DNA of 63,710 nucleotides, the filler included, from Octopus bimaculoides (taxonomy: Eukaryota), in assembly GCF_001194135.2 (NCBI RefSeq). It is 6 parts of 6 records of this genome, joined end to end, with 100 filler letters (N's around TTAATTAATTAA, not from the genome) between each part and the next. Parts side by side here need not be neighbours in the genome. Positions count along the whole stretch, not along the records: positions 30,175 to 54,271 come from NC_069004.1; positions 54,372 to 60,705 come from NC_068988.1; positions 60,806 to 62,027 come from NC_069010.1; positions 62,128 to 63,710 come from NC_068993.1; 2 more parts are not named here. One strand, 5' to 3'. Shown here piece by piece: positions 52,456 through 63,710 of the stretch (position 1 is its first letter; every line of letters begins with the position of its first letter). A program made the translations under genes and the position numbers. The notes below the pieces were generated by a model. That model was not told the origin of the DNA, searched no databases, and saw only the letters and a program-made list of their open reading frames with translations.

Positions 52456-53233
52456 TTTTTTCCCCCCTTAGGAATATAAGGCAAAGAAGGAATGGTAAAA
52501 ACCAACAATGAAACAGCATTAAACTAGATAAGATCACTTGTCAAGATTTTGTTATACAAACTGGCAAACAAAAGAGTGCCAATGCAAACACAAGAATCCT
52601 AAACATTACGTATTATTTATTTCTAACATTTATCTCTTGTAATGTTGTTTTTTTTTCTACCTTCATAATTATGTTATATATTTTAGGATTTTATTTTTTC
52701 TCGAATTTTCAGAGTTTATATTTTATTTTTCTTTTAAGGGTAAAAAAAAAGATACGACAAAAAAATTATTACAGAGAGAAATCTTGATAGCTTGGCAGAA
52801 CATTTATTTTGTTTTTATCACGATAGAAAGAAATATAGAGGAAATTTACACTATAAACTCGAGCAAGCTTGAAACTAATCTAATTTGCCTTTGGCTATCT
52901 TCAGAAATGTGACGAAAACAAATGATAGTTCTTTGATTGTATTAACTTCTGTTGACCAAACAAACTGTCTGCTAACTTTAGATCTATCTATTTACCTATC
53001 TATCAAAATAATTCTCTGTGTGCGCATACATCGTACATACACACGTAAGCGTATACACACAGCTGTATTCACAACTGACACTCACAAATACAGAACGCGC
53101 GTAAGGTATGTGTGTGTGAGAGAGAGTGAGAGAGGGAGAGAGTGACAATGTGTGTGTATCTATGTATCTATGTATGCATCCGTGTGGTAAGTTTATGAGT
53201 GTGTATTTATTACTAAACAAACATGTGTATATT

Positions 53234-53275
<42 letters not shown>

Positions 53276-53555
53276 NNNNNNNNNNNNNNNNNNNNNNNNN
53301 NNNNNNNNNNNNNNNNNNNNNNNNNNNNNNNNNNNNNNNNNNNNNNNNNNNNNNNNNNNNNNNNNNNNNNNNNNNNNNNNNNNNNNNNNNNNNNNNNNNN
53401 NNNNNNNNNNNNNNNNNNNNNNNNNNNNNNNNNNNNNNNNNNNNNNNNNNNNNNNNNNNNNNNNNNNNNNNNNNNNNNNNNNNNNNNNNNNNNNNNNNNN
53501 NNNNNNNNNNNNNNNNNNNNNNNNNNNNNNNNNNNNNNNNNNNNNNNNNNNNNNN

Positions 53556-53609
<54 letters not shown>

Positions 53610-53874
53610 TACATACAAGTATATATATATAACGACGTATATGAACAAATATCTACAAATGTAGGTGTATATATAAGTAATCTAGTACACACGTACATAT
53701 TTATGCGAATATATATTATACACCCGCGTATATAATATACATATATTTGTGTATATTGATACATATACATATGGATGTATATGTATGCTTGTACGTGAGT
53801 GAGTTTGTGTGTGTGTGTGTATTTGTGTGTTTGCGTATATGTAAGTATGCATATGTACGCTATGCACACACATA

Positions 53875-53922
<48 letters not shown>

Positions 53923-54540
53923 TTGCTGATTGACACCTTTTACTTGGTGGAAGTTCTGCATATTGGTAAGGAAGCAACTGAAAAAGAAAAAGAATCACAA
54001 ACACTTCAAAAGACATAATAATGTGGAAAACGCCTGGAGGGGAAGTATTTTTAGACGATGTTAGACACATAAATCCGAAACACAGTGTCTAAATAACCGG
54101 CCCCGGGTTATGCTGAAATGTCAGTAATGCATATGGATACACACAAATACATACAGACAAATAACTGAGTATATAAACATATGTGTGTGTATGTAGTTAT
54201 GTACGTATGTTTGTATATTTGTACGTGTGAGTATATATATAGATATATATGTATATATATATATATATATANNNNNNNNNNNNNNNNNNNNNNNNNNNNN
54301 NNNNNNNNNNNNNNNTTAATTAATTAANNNNNNNNNNNNNNNNNNNNNNNNNNNNNNNNNNNNNNNNNNNNGAGAGAAAAGTTACGAAAAGCATAGCTGG
54401 AATGCCTTCACCATGTATATGACCTGGGGCTAAACAACAGCAGCAGGTGCAACAGCAACCACACCTTCTTCTTCTTCTTCATCTTCTTCTTCTTCTGCTG
54501 CTGCTGCTGCTGCTGCTGTTGCTGCTACTACTGCTACTGT

Positions 54541-54593
<53 letters not shown>

Positions 54594-54993
54594 AAGAGCC
54601 TAAAATTTTCATCTTTGCTGTCAATTGTCACTACTCTTTCCTCCTTAAACAGTAATAAATGTTTCCTTCCATATTTTTGCTATATTGTTCGTGTATATAT
54701 ATACATATATATACGCACACACAGAGTGAGAGAAATAGACAAATAGACCGACAAAGAGATATAGACACACATGTATGTGTATGTGTGTGTGTGTGTTAAA
54801 ATATTTAAGCATTGACAAGATTACTGAGACGATGTCATTATACATCATAATAATTTAATATGTTTGCCAAAGAGCGATTGGACCAACTAACTTCAAAGCT
54901 GTTATAACCAGTTTACATCTTTCATGGTAGACATTAAGAACTTTCTCCAGTACGGAAAGACCTCCACATACACATACATATGCGCATACACGC

Positions 54994-55054
<61 letters not shown>

Positions 55055-55394
55055 TCACCGTAGTTAAATACAGGTATAGGGACACATACATATACACTGT
55101 TTATCTTACACATACAGATATAGTGAGGGGCAATGCTTAGTCATATTCCTATATATGCAGTCATATAGACAAACGTGAAGGAGTAAGTATCAAGGAATCA
55201 AACAAAACTAGTGTGTAGTCCATATCATATATTAGCTACAATTAGTGTATGTTTTGCTTGCGCTTGGAGACAAAATTGCGAAAGCTATATTTTTATTGAA
55301 GCTTCAGTAATGAAGCCACAGCTGTGCCGGTTCAAAACATTTTGGATGTATGATGATTTAGATGCAAGTACTTTTTATCAACATCAAATACAAT

Positions 55395-55735
55395 AGTTGT
55401 TGTTGGCACTCCGTCGCTTACGACGTCGAGGGTTCCAGTTGATCCGATCAACAGAACAGCCTGCTCGTGAAATTAACGTGCAAGTGGCTGAGCACTCCAC
55501 AGACACGTGTACCCTTAACGTAGTTCTTTAAATTACAGGCACAACAGAAACAGGAAGTGAGAGTAAGTTGTGGTGAAAGAGTACAGCAGGGTTCGCCACC
55601 ATCCCCTGTCGGAGCCTCGTGGAGCTTTAGGTGTTTTAGCTCAACAAACACTCACAACGCCCGATCTGGGAATCGAAACCGCGATCCTATGACCGCAGGT
55701 CTGATGCTCTAACCAATGGGCCATTGCGCCTCCAT
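55395..55735 (-). mobile_element. Family C SINE with an internal deletion
   Basis: Reverse complement of 33990-34361, lacking the GGGCCAGCCTTGTCACACTGTGTCACGCTGAATATCCCCG segment. Confidence 0.9.
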
Positions 55736-57049
55736 ACCATTGTTCAAACCTTAATAAAACATGCATGTGTTTTCTTTTAATAACTAAAGTAATTTTATTT
55801 CTTGATTTGCTAGATAAAATATGTTCCAGTTTCCATTTTTAAGCAAACGTAGTTATATTGAGAATTATTTATTATGTATGTTTTGTAAGTCTATTTCGCG
55901 TAAAATTTTCTTCCTGGAACATTCTAAGATAATATACTCATACAATAGATCTTTCTTTATCCCTTCAGATTATGTTCACTTTTCATTCAGAGTTGGTAGT
56001 ATTTGCCATCAGATGTTTGTTCACTTTCTTTTGTGGAAAAGATAATAATTTTTAAATTCTCTCAGCTCATTTTAGTGTTAGTTAGGCAAATTATTTTAGA
56101 CCGTAAGAGTACATTACTCTTTCCGTATACGACGAAACTTTTCACTCCCTCCTTGCAAAGTACGCAAATGCTGAGCTGATGACGGCCATAGAAATTATGT
56201 ACACTATCATCCTTTTGTCTCCATTAAGATGAGTGTTCCGTTATTTTAATTAATGATATGCTAATCCATTTCCCGAAAGCTAAGGCTTTTTACTGGCGGT
56301 GCTCCAGTATGGTTATAGCTTTATAAGTGATACGTATAAAAGAATACTAGAATAGTCTATGAGAATTTTGGACCCCCATCTCATTTAGATATGGTAACAA
56401 TCGATACTAGAAGCATGTTTACCTTCTCTTGAAATTAAGATATATTTAAATATTAATAAGTTAATATGCGTTGTTTAATTTACTTCATTTCCCTTACCTA
56501 ACTTAATGCTAGGGGGAATATTGAGTCTCCACTGCCATAGTCTAGTTAGCCGCACTTCAAAGATTTCACACACACATATACATATGTATGTATAAATACA
56601 CACACGCAAACACGCACACACAGGCACACACACGCAAACACACCACACACACACACACACATATAACTGTATATCTTCCTTTTCTTCATTCCAATATTTT
56701 AATTTTTTCAAAATTGACTTCGTATCTCTTTCAATTTCCAGTCAAAGCCAAAGATCGTCTTATTTCGAAATATTTATTACTTTTCTTTCTTTGGTACCGA
56801 CAGCAATTAGTGATTGCTAGGTGTCTGTTTACATTCTCTGAAAGCAAAGTTTTTTTATAAATAACACAAGAATGTATCTAATATAATATGTTGTATAACA
56901 TTTTAGGCTCTATTTATCTAGACTGGGTAAGTTCTCTGAGCATATTGTTTCTTTAAATATGGAAACTTTCCAAGGCCAAAAGCTTTTTACCGTTTTCTAG
57001 CGACAAAATGATGATTGTATAAATGCGTTTCAATAACTCTCATCAACCC

Positions 57050-57680
57050 AGTACTTTCCTACCTCTCATTCCATTGAAAACCACAGTACCTGTAACTGAG
57101 AGTATAACCGGCAGAACTGTTATAAGCAGCAATATACTTACCTAAGACAGTTTCTCAAACTACACCATTAGAGGTTTATTGCATTCTTTAAAATACCACA
57201 TCCGATGGAATGTCTAACTTCTATCTTTTGATAAAGTCATGCAACCACTATTCTGGTTTCCAAGCTATTACGAAACCATTTGCTTTGTCAAATGAGCCTC
57301 CTCGATCCACTTTGTGGAATGCCTTCACAAAACAGACCTATACAAACACTTCAATGGTTTGTTTTAATAGCAGTCACAATACAAAAGAAATTGGGTTGAC
57401 AGATTCTAGCCGAGTGGACACCGTTTTGAGTGGCAGTTAGCAGATAGTCCAAGAAAGTGATCAATTTCCCTTTAATCTACAATTCGTCCCTTGACTTTGT
57501 TGATACGTGAAGACGGAGAGAAATGCCTGCAATATTTAGCAGCTGTTCTACACGCTACCTTAAGGATATTACATATAAGACGTTACTGGGAGAAGCTAAC
57601 TACTTGCAAGAACACTTTTGAAAAGTATCTGAAGTGGTTCTGCGAGAACATTGTTGCATAATTTCAGAAGAATTGCCGAG
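57050..57680 (-). mobile_element. Heavily decayed CR1/L2-type RT
   Basis: Minus-strand peptides LKLCNNVLAEPLQILFKS, QNGVHSARIC, FVKAFHKVDRG and SNGVV*ETVLG match LA.PL.ILF, QHGFR.GRSC, F.KAFDKVDH and SGVPQGTVLG. Confidence 0.75.
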
Positions 57681-58489
57681 AACTGAATAAATATACATAC
57701 GTAATAGTAATTTCTCACATACTTGCAAGGTCACCATAGTGCTGCGAAGAACATAAGATTAAATCGACAGCATTACTTTACTGATGTTTTTTTTTCTTCT
57801 ATCGTCTACACATAGATGATACCCAAATTCTACCGCAGATTGATTTGAACTGAGGACATAAAGTCATGCAACACAGTAGCGCATGATGTTCTGTCTGCTA
57901 CTCCACGAAATGTAACAGCCAGTGACTTGATATATAATAATAAACTAGGTACAGTATTGGCCAGAATCAATGATTCTCTGGTTTATAAACAAGAAATCAT
58001 CCCAATGATGTTATTTTTAATCACTAGTCGATCTTTCAAATCTGTTTCCTTATTCGGTGTTAACGTGACTGCTGGGCCCTGATTGATTGAAGTGCTATGA
58101 TTAACTGAACAAATCTTTAATAAGCTGTCACTAACATATCTTCTGACAACTCCTTGTAAATCATTTCCTGTCGTTGCAATGAATAGCTGGTCGAAGTAAT
58201 TCGTCGAAAAGTCATGCTCAAATAAAAATTCTATACGAATACCGCATACGACAAATTGGTGAAAGATTGAAATTAGCACAGAGAACTCTCTTATATGATT
58301 GTTCATACACATGAATGCACATACACATACACGCATACGCACACACACACGTGCAAATATAAACACACATATATGTAATCAAACACACTCAAATATGAGA
58401 AGTTTGCCATAGGCGCAGGTGATGATATGTAGAAATAATTTTGCTCCCCAACCACAGGTTTCCTTGAGGACCTTGTGAACCTTGGGTGA

Positions 58490-58725
58490 GCAATGCTGTG
58501 ACACGAGGAGATATCGATAAATCGGGTATAGGGGATCATGTATGGGAAAATGGAGGCCACCAGCCTCTGTGGGATGAAGTTAAAATAGTAGACAGAAAAC
58601 ACCCCTGGAAAATACGAAAACTAAAAGTACAGCACATATGCCAGGACACAACAACCTCCTAAGCAGACCGAGTGCAGATATGAATAGCATATGGGACCGG
58701 TATTAAGGAAGGTAAGAAAAAATTA
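58490..58725 (+). mobile_element. Penelope-like element, GIY-YIG C-terminal fragment
   Basis: AVTRGDIDKSGIGDHVWENGGHQPLWDEVKIVDRKHPWKIRKLK matches the PLE pattern KS..A.H.....H...W..V.I+D.E.....R.LKE. Confidence 0.8.
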
Positions 58726-60469
58726 GATATATAAGCCCCAAAATTCGCTCCATAATTGCCCACATATAAGTACAGCATGTCGTTTCCATATTTTTGACAG
58801 AGCGAATTGCATCAAGATGCTGTGATTTTTCTCACAGACGGTGCCCTACTATAATATATAGTCGACAAAATCAAAAACATACAATGCACATGACCGAAAT
58901 TAAAAGTATAAAATGACGACAATTTACCCATCGCAAACTGTATATGTACACACATATGTGTGTGCATGTTTACACGCATAAATATGTACATAAACACATA
59001 CACATTCATAGATACACACACACACACACATATATATATATATGTATGTATATGTATATATATATATATATATATATNNNNNNNNNNNNNNNNNNNNNNN
59101 NNNNNNNNNNNNNNNNNNNNNNNNNNNNNNNNNNNNNNNNNNNNNNNNNNNNNNNNNNNNNNNNNNNNNNNNNNNNNNNNNNNNNNNNNNNNNNNNNNNN
59201 NNNNNNNNNNNNNNNNNNNNNNNNNNNNNNNNNNNNNNNNNNNNNNNNNNNNNNNNNNNNNNNNNNNNNNNNNNNNNNNNNNNNNNNNNNNNNNNNNNNN
59301 NNNNNNNNNNNNNNNNNNNNNNNNNNNNNNNNNNNNNNNNNNNNNNNNNNNNNNNNNNNNNNNNNNNNNNNNNNNNNNNNNNNNNNNNNNNNNNNNNNNN
59401 NNNNNNNNNNNNNNNNNNNNNNNNNNNNNNNNNNNNNNNNNNNNNNNNNNNNNNNNNNNNNNNNNNNNNNNNNNNNNNNNNNNNNNNNNNNNNNNNNNNN
59501 NNNNATATATATATATATATATATATACATACATACATATTTATATTATGTGTTAATATATATGTGTAGGCGTTTGAGAGTGAGTATGCGTTTGTTTTCC
59601 GATGTCTGTATCGCGACACACATTTTCACAGCACGTCTGAAAGGAACCCCGCTATTTGAGCATATGTCATGATGTCTGATAAATCAAAGGATATGTAGAT
59701 ATATTAGCATATTAACATATTTGGTATGATAAATTGGTGTGTAATAACAACCAAATATATATATTGAGATATCGATCAGAAATATTTCTTCAGAGATCTT
59801 CACAGCATTCGTAATTTGATGGAAATATATGATTTAATAAGATAAATATACGCACAGAAACGCCTACGCGCACCAGTGCCAGCAGTAACGCACATATATG
59901 CTTACATTCGCTGTCATATATGTATGTCTAGGCGGGAGATATAATGTATTCAAGCTATCGCATGATATATGCTGAGTTCAATATCATTACAGACATTTAA
60001 TCTTGTATTTAAGCCACCCTATCCCGACGTGATTTTACCGTGGTAATTTTGGAGGCACCTATTATCGGCAAATGAATATGAGGTCCATTTTGCTCCTAAT
60101 GATTAATAGCCGTATCATTTAATTATTGTGTGAAATAGTTTGCTCTTATAATTAGCTATCATTCGTATTGTGTTACTCGATATGCAAGCAAATTATATAC
60201 GCGCGCGTGTGTGTGTATGTATGTGTGTGCGGGTGGGTCAATAGGTGGGTATCACACACACTTTTATTTTCTAGTTAAGACTTAATCTGAGAGTGAGAAT
60301 AACACATACGCTTTGTAAGGATTTCTGACCCTGGCTGTTTTTCAGCCGAAGGATAGCCATAAGTAACGGTGCAAAACCACGGTGGTGCTCCAGCATGACC
60401 GCAGCCTCATAGCTGCAACTAATAAGAGAATACAAGAATAAAAGAACAAATGTATGTATGCATATATAT

Positions 60470-60530
<61 letters not shown>

Positions 60531-60805
60531 CCCTGCTATGTCAAGATGGACTTATATATTCTTCCTCTGCTCTCTCCCACTTGGTTTTAATATGTTGCCA
60601 CATTTGTAATATGTCTTTTTTTCTACATTTTTTCGTGCAGTTGAAGATTGCTCTTCATATTGCATTTAAGGTAATGCTCACATTACTTAAATAAATTGAA
60701 GTAGCNNNNNNNNNNNNNNNNNNNNNNNNNNNNNNNNNNNNNNNNNNNNTTAATTAATTAANNNNNNNNNNNNNNNNNNNNNNNNNNNNNNNNNNNNNNN
60801 NNNNN

Positions 60806-61283
60806 ACAGAAGCGAGATGAGACTTCCCCAAGATCAGCACAGGCATGCTGCAGCACGTCAGATGGAGTCTCAAGGGAAGAAGGGAGACGAGACATTTCCA
60901 ACATCAGCAAACGCATGCAACGGCATATCAAATGGAGTCTCAAGACAGAAGCGAGATGAGACTTCCCCAAGATCAGCACAGGCATGCTGCAGCACGTCAG
61001 ATGGAGTCTAAAAAGAGAAGCGAGATGAGACTTTCTTAAGATCAGAAAAGCATGCACATACCCTTCACCACTAATTTTCCATGACAAGTTAAGACCTAGA
61101 ATATTCCAAACGGACGTATAACATGTCGCTTAGTCGAATTTATCCCATTATTTACTCCACAAATGTTTTGTCGTCAATGCTGCACTTTCCCGTATCACCT
61201 GTTTCAACAAAACTGTAACATATATACATATATATACAAACTATACCCTTTTAATCCCGAGCAACGCCGGGTATCTCTGCTAG
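60806..61283 (+). mobile_element. Helitron 3' portion with a 69-bp coding tandem repeat
   Basis: Ends with hairpin CCCGAGCAACGCCGGG, 8 nt, then CTAG|T (61280-61284). About 3.7 units of 68-70 bp at 60806-61050. The 5' end lies in or beyond the gap. Confidence 0.75.
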
Positions 61284-61811
61284 TACCCGAATAAATTAAG
61301 AGCAGTAAGAAGTTAAGGGAAGTAATGTATATATTCGTTTTATTTTTCTTCTCGTTCTTCAACAACCTATCCAAGTTCACAAACTTAATGTGGGGACAAG
61401 ACATCATACGAAAATGTGTTTGTGTGTGTCTGTGCATTATCAAGAACGAAAGAATAGAAATGATAATTTCTCTGACATATCAACAAGTATGTCGTTCTCT
61501 ATTGAATAAATAATGTTTGTATAATGACAGCACTCCCATTTATACAGTTATTCCGACTTCATATCAGGTTCAAGGGCAGATTTCCTTAAGTCAATAAATC
61601 CCTGTCTACCCAATAATAGTAAGCTAAAGGTCTTTTGTATGTATTAGTTCCTCTCTCTCTCTCTCTCTCTCTCTCCCTCTCTCTCTCTCTCCCCTTCTCT
61701 GTGGATGTGTGTACTTGTGTATATGTGTAGGCGCGTACGCATATCTTTTATTTGTTTGTATATATATTTGTCTCTGTTTCTCCCTCACTCTCTTTCTCTG
61801 CATGTATGCAC

Positions 61812-61955
61812 AGGGGCCATGCTGGGACGCCGCTATGAAGGGTCTTAATGGAAAGAATCAACATCAGTACTTAGTCGGTCTCTTTTACCGAAACACGAAT
61901 TTGGAAGTACACTAACGAACACAAACTCCGTTGTCAAACGGTGGAGGGAGACAAA
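61812..61955 (-). mobile_element. Family B SINE tail
   Basis: GGCCATGCTGGGACGCCGCT..TCTCTTTTACCGAAAC..CCGTTGTCAAACGGTGGAGGGAGACAAACAC. Confidence 0.65.
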
Positions 61956-61990
61956 CACAAACATACCTATCCATCCATCCATCCATCCCC

Positions 61991-62027
<37 letters not shown>

Positions 62028-62127
62028 NNNNNNNNNNNNNNNNNNNNNNNNNNNNNNNNNNNNNNNNNNNNTTAATTAATTAANNNNNNNNNNNNNNNNN
62101 NNNNNNNNNNNNNNNNNNNNNNNNNNN

Positions 62128-62760
62128 GTTGTGTTGACGATGGTGTTATTGGTGGTAGCAGCAGTGGTGGTGATTTTTAGTGACAGCTTGTGATGGTGGT
62201 GGTGATGAAGATGGTGGTGATGCCGTTGAGGGTGATGATGATGACGATGTTCGTGGCGGTGTTAGTGGCAGTGCTGGTGGTGAAGGTGGCGCTGGTGGTG
62301 ATGGTAATGAGGGTGGTGATGGGGTGTTGGCAGTGACGTTGGTGGTCGTGATGGTAGAGATAGTAATGGTGTTGGTGGTGATCGAGGTGGTGGTGGTGGT
62401 GGTGTTGGCGGTTTGAGTAATGGTGTTTGTGTTTGTGTTTGGCGACGACGATGATGATGATGATCATCATCATCATGATCACGATCATGATTACGATGAT
62501 GATGATGGCCATGATGATGATGATGACGACGACGAGGACGACGACGATGATGATGATGGTGGTTGTGATTCCACCCTTGTCTCTGGCACTGGCGATATTT
62601 TTAGTAGTGATAGTGATGTTGCCGATTATGATATAATATCGCCCCTGGAGGGTGTTCATACTCTTATGGGTGATAACGATAGAATTAGCGGATTTAACGA
62701 TAATGTAGGTGGCGCCAGTAACATAGCCAGTAATATTGATGGTGTTGGTACTTCTCCGAC
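62128..62760. repeat. Degenerate (GGT)/(GAT) low-complexity region
   Basis: Strong period-3 GRT pattern; yields D/G/V-rich ORFs. Confidence 0.8.
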
Positions 62761-62769
62761 TGTGTAAGT

Positions 62770-63120
62770 AGCATCTTTCATGAAACTGTAATGGGTAAAG
62801 ACCCACTTCGGTCATGAATGTCTATGGGATTGAACCTAGAAAGTTCCTCTTCGAAACACAAGTCCGGGGAAGGTTGTTTTATGGAAGACCAGTAATCATC
62901 CATGCATACCAGACTCCCTTTTATTCTCTACTGATGTTATCTAAGAGAAAAGCAAAGAGGCCGATACAGCCTGGCACCTGTGACGTCGCAGCTCATTTCT
63001 ACAGCTGAGTGAACTGGAGCAACGTGAATTAAAGTGTCTTGCTCAAGAACACAACACAGGGTCTGGCCCAGGAATCGAACTCATTACTACACGATTGTAA
63101 CCTTGACGCTGAAACCAGCG
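62770..63120 (-). mobile_element. CORE-like SINE (family D) with long tail
   Basis: CAGCTGAGTGAACTGGAGCAACGTGAATTAAAGTGTCTTGCTCAAG..GGAATCGAACTC is a reverse-strand B box plus CORE-like block. Confidence 0.8.
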
Positions 63121-63167
63121 CTGTTGATTGTGTACGAAGCAGTGATGATATTATTGGTACTATTGTA

Positions 63168-63603
63168 AGGCTGTGAGCTGGCAGAATCGTCAGCACGCCG
63201 AACGAAATGCTCAGCGATATTTCGTCTGTCTGTACGTTCTGAGGTCGACGTCGCCTTCCATCTTTTCAGGATCGAGTAATAAAGTACCAGTTACGCACTG
63301 GATCGACTAGTTAGACAATGGGGTCGATGAAACCCCCTCGCCTCCTCCCTCAAAACTGCTGGCCTTGTATCTTCCAACTCATTACGCTCTGAGTTCGAAT
63401 CTTGCTGAAATGCAAAGTCGACCTCGGCCGAATTTGAACTCAGAACGCGAAGCCGGACGAAAGGCCGCTGATCAATCTATCCGGCGTGCTAACCATTCTG
63501 CCAGCTCGCCGCTGCAGTATTAATTAGCGTTATTGTTGATAATGCCAACGAGGGGGACGAGCGGGACGAATCATTATCACGCCGAGCAAAATGCTTAGCG
63601 GCA
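63168..63603. mobile_element. Cluster of family A SINEs: + (63168-63365), - (63408-63512), + fragment (63555-63603)
   Basis: Homology to 7233-7410 in both orientations. Confidence 0.82.
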
Positions 63604-63710
63604 AATCTTCCCACTGATTAAGCCCTCGGTCCGACAGCGGTGACAGCGATGAAGATGAAGGTAGCGGTTGTGGTGAGGATGATGATGCTGATGGTGGTAG
63701 TACGGAGAGA

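Noticed and set aside
53944-53977. Minus-strand 34-nt exon candidate; similar isolated splice-like signals at about 20230, 42779-42812, 49505 (minus), 52905 and 56741
   Set aside because: Weak donors or microsatellite content, no recognisable protein and no consistent gene model.
60806-61050. Regularly spaced repeats resembling a CRISPR array
   Set aside because: The units are contiguous 69-bp homologues with no unique spacers, the context is eukaryotic, and there are no cas genes.

Overview
This is AT-rich, repeat-dominated animal genomic DNA from a gapped draft assembly. The SINE families, microsatellite density and TTAGGG-like repeats suggest a coleoid cephalopod, probably Octopus (inference, no database search). 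I found no intact protein-coding gene, rRNA, tRNA gene or CRISPR array. Almost every ORF in the supplied track is a microsatellite or N-gap artefact. The protein-like ORFs are decayed transposon fragments: mariner/Tc1, Helitron, R4/Dong, RTE, CR1/L2, Hero-like and Penelope-like. Several modular tRNA-derived SINE families and fold-back MITE-like elements are also present. I cannot support a clearly new biological system. The most unusual structures are: (1) a head-to-tail Helitron pair carrying an inverted-repeat-flanked telomere-like (CCCTAA)n cassette; (2) a Helitron with a 69-bp/23-aa coding repeat; (3) tandem R4/Dong ends inside (TAA)n; (4) a CR1 remnant with twin-priming geometry; (5) long fold-back elements that could be ADAR or small-RNA substrates. 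A few short splice-site-bounded segments may be exons of a long-intron host gene, but this is low confidence. All alignments and translations were done by eye, so boundaries are approximate unless a motif is quoted.
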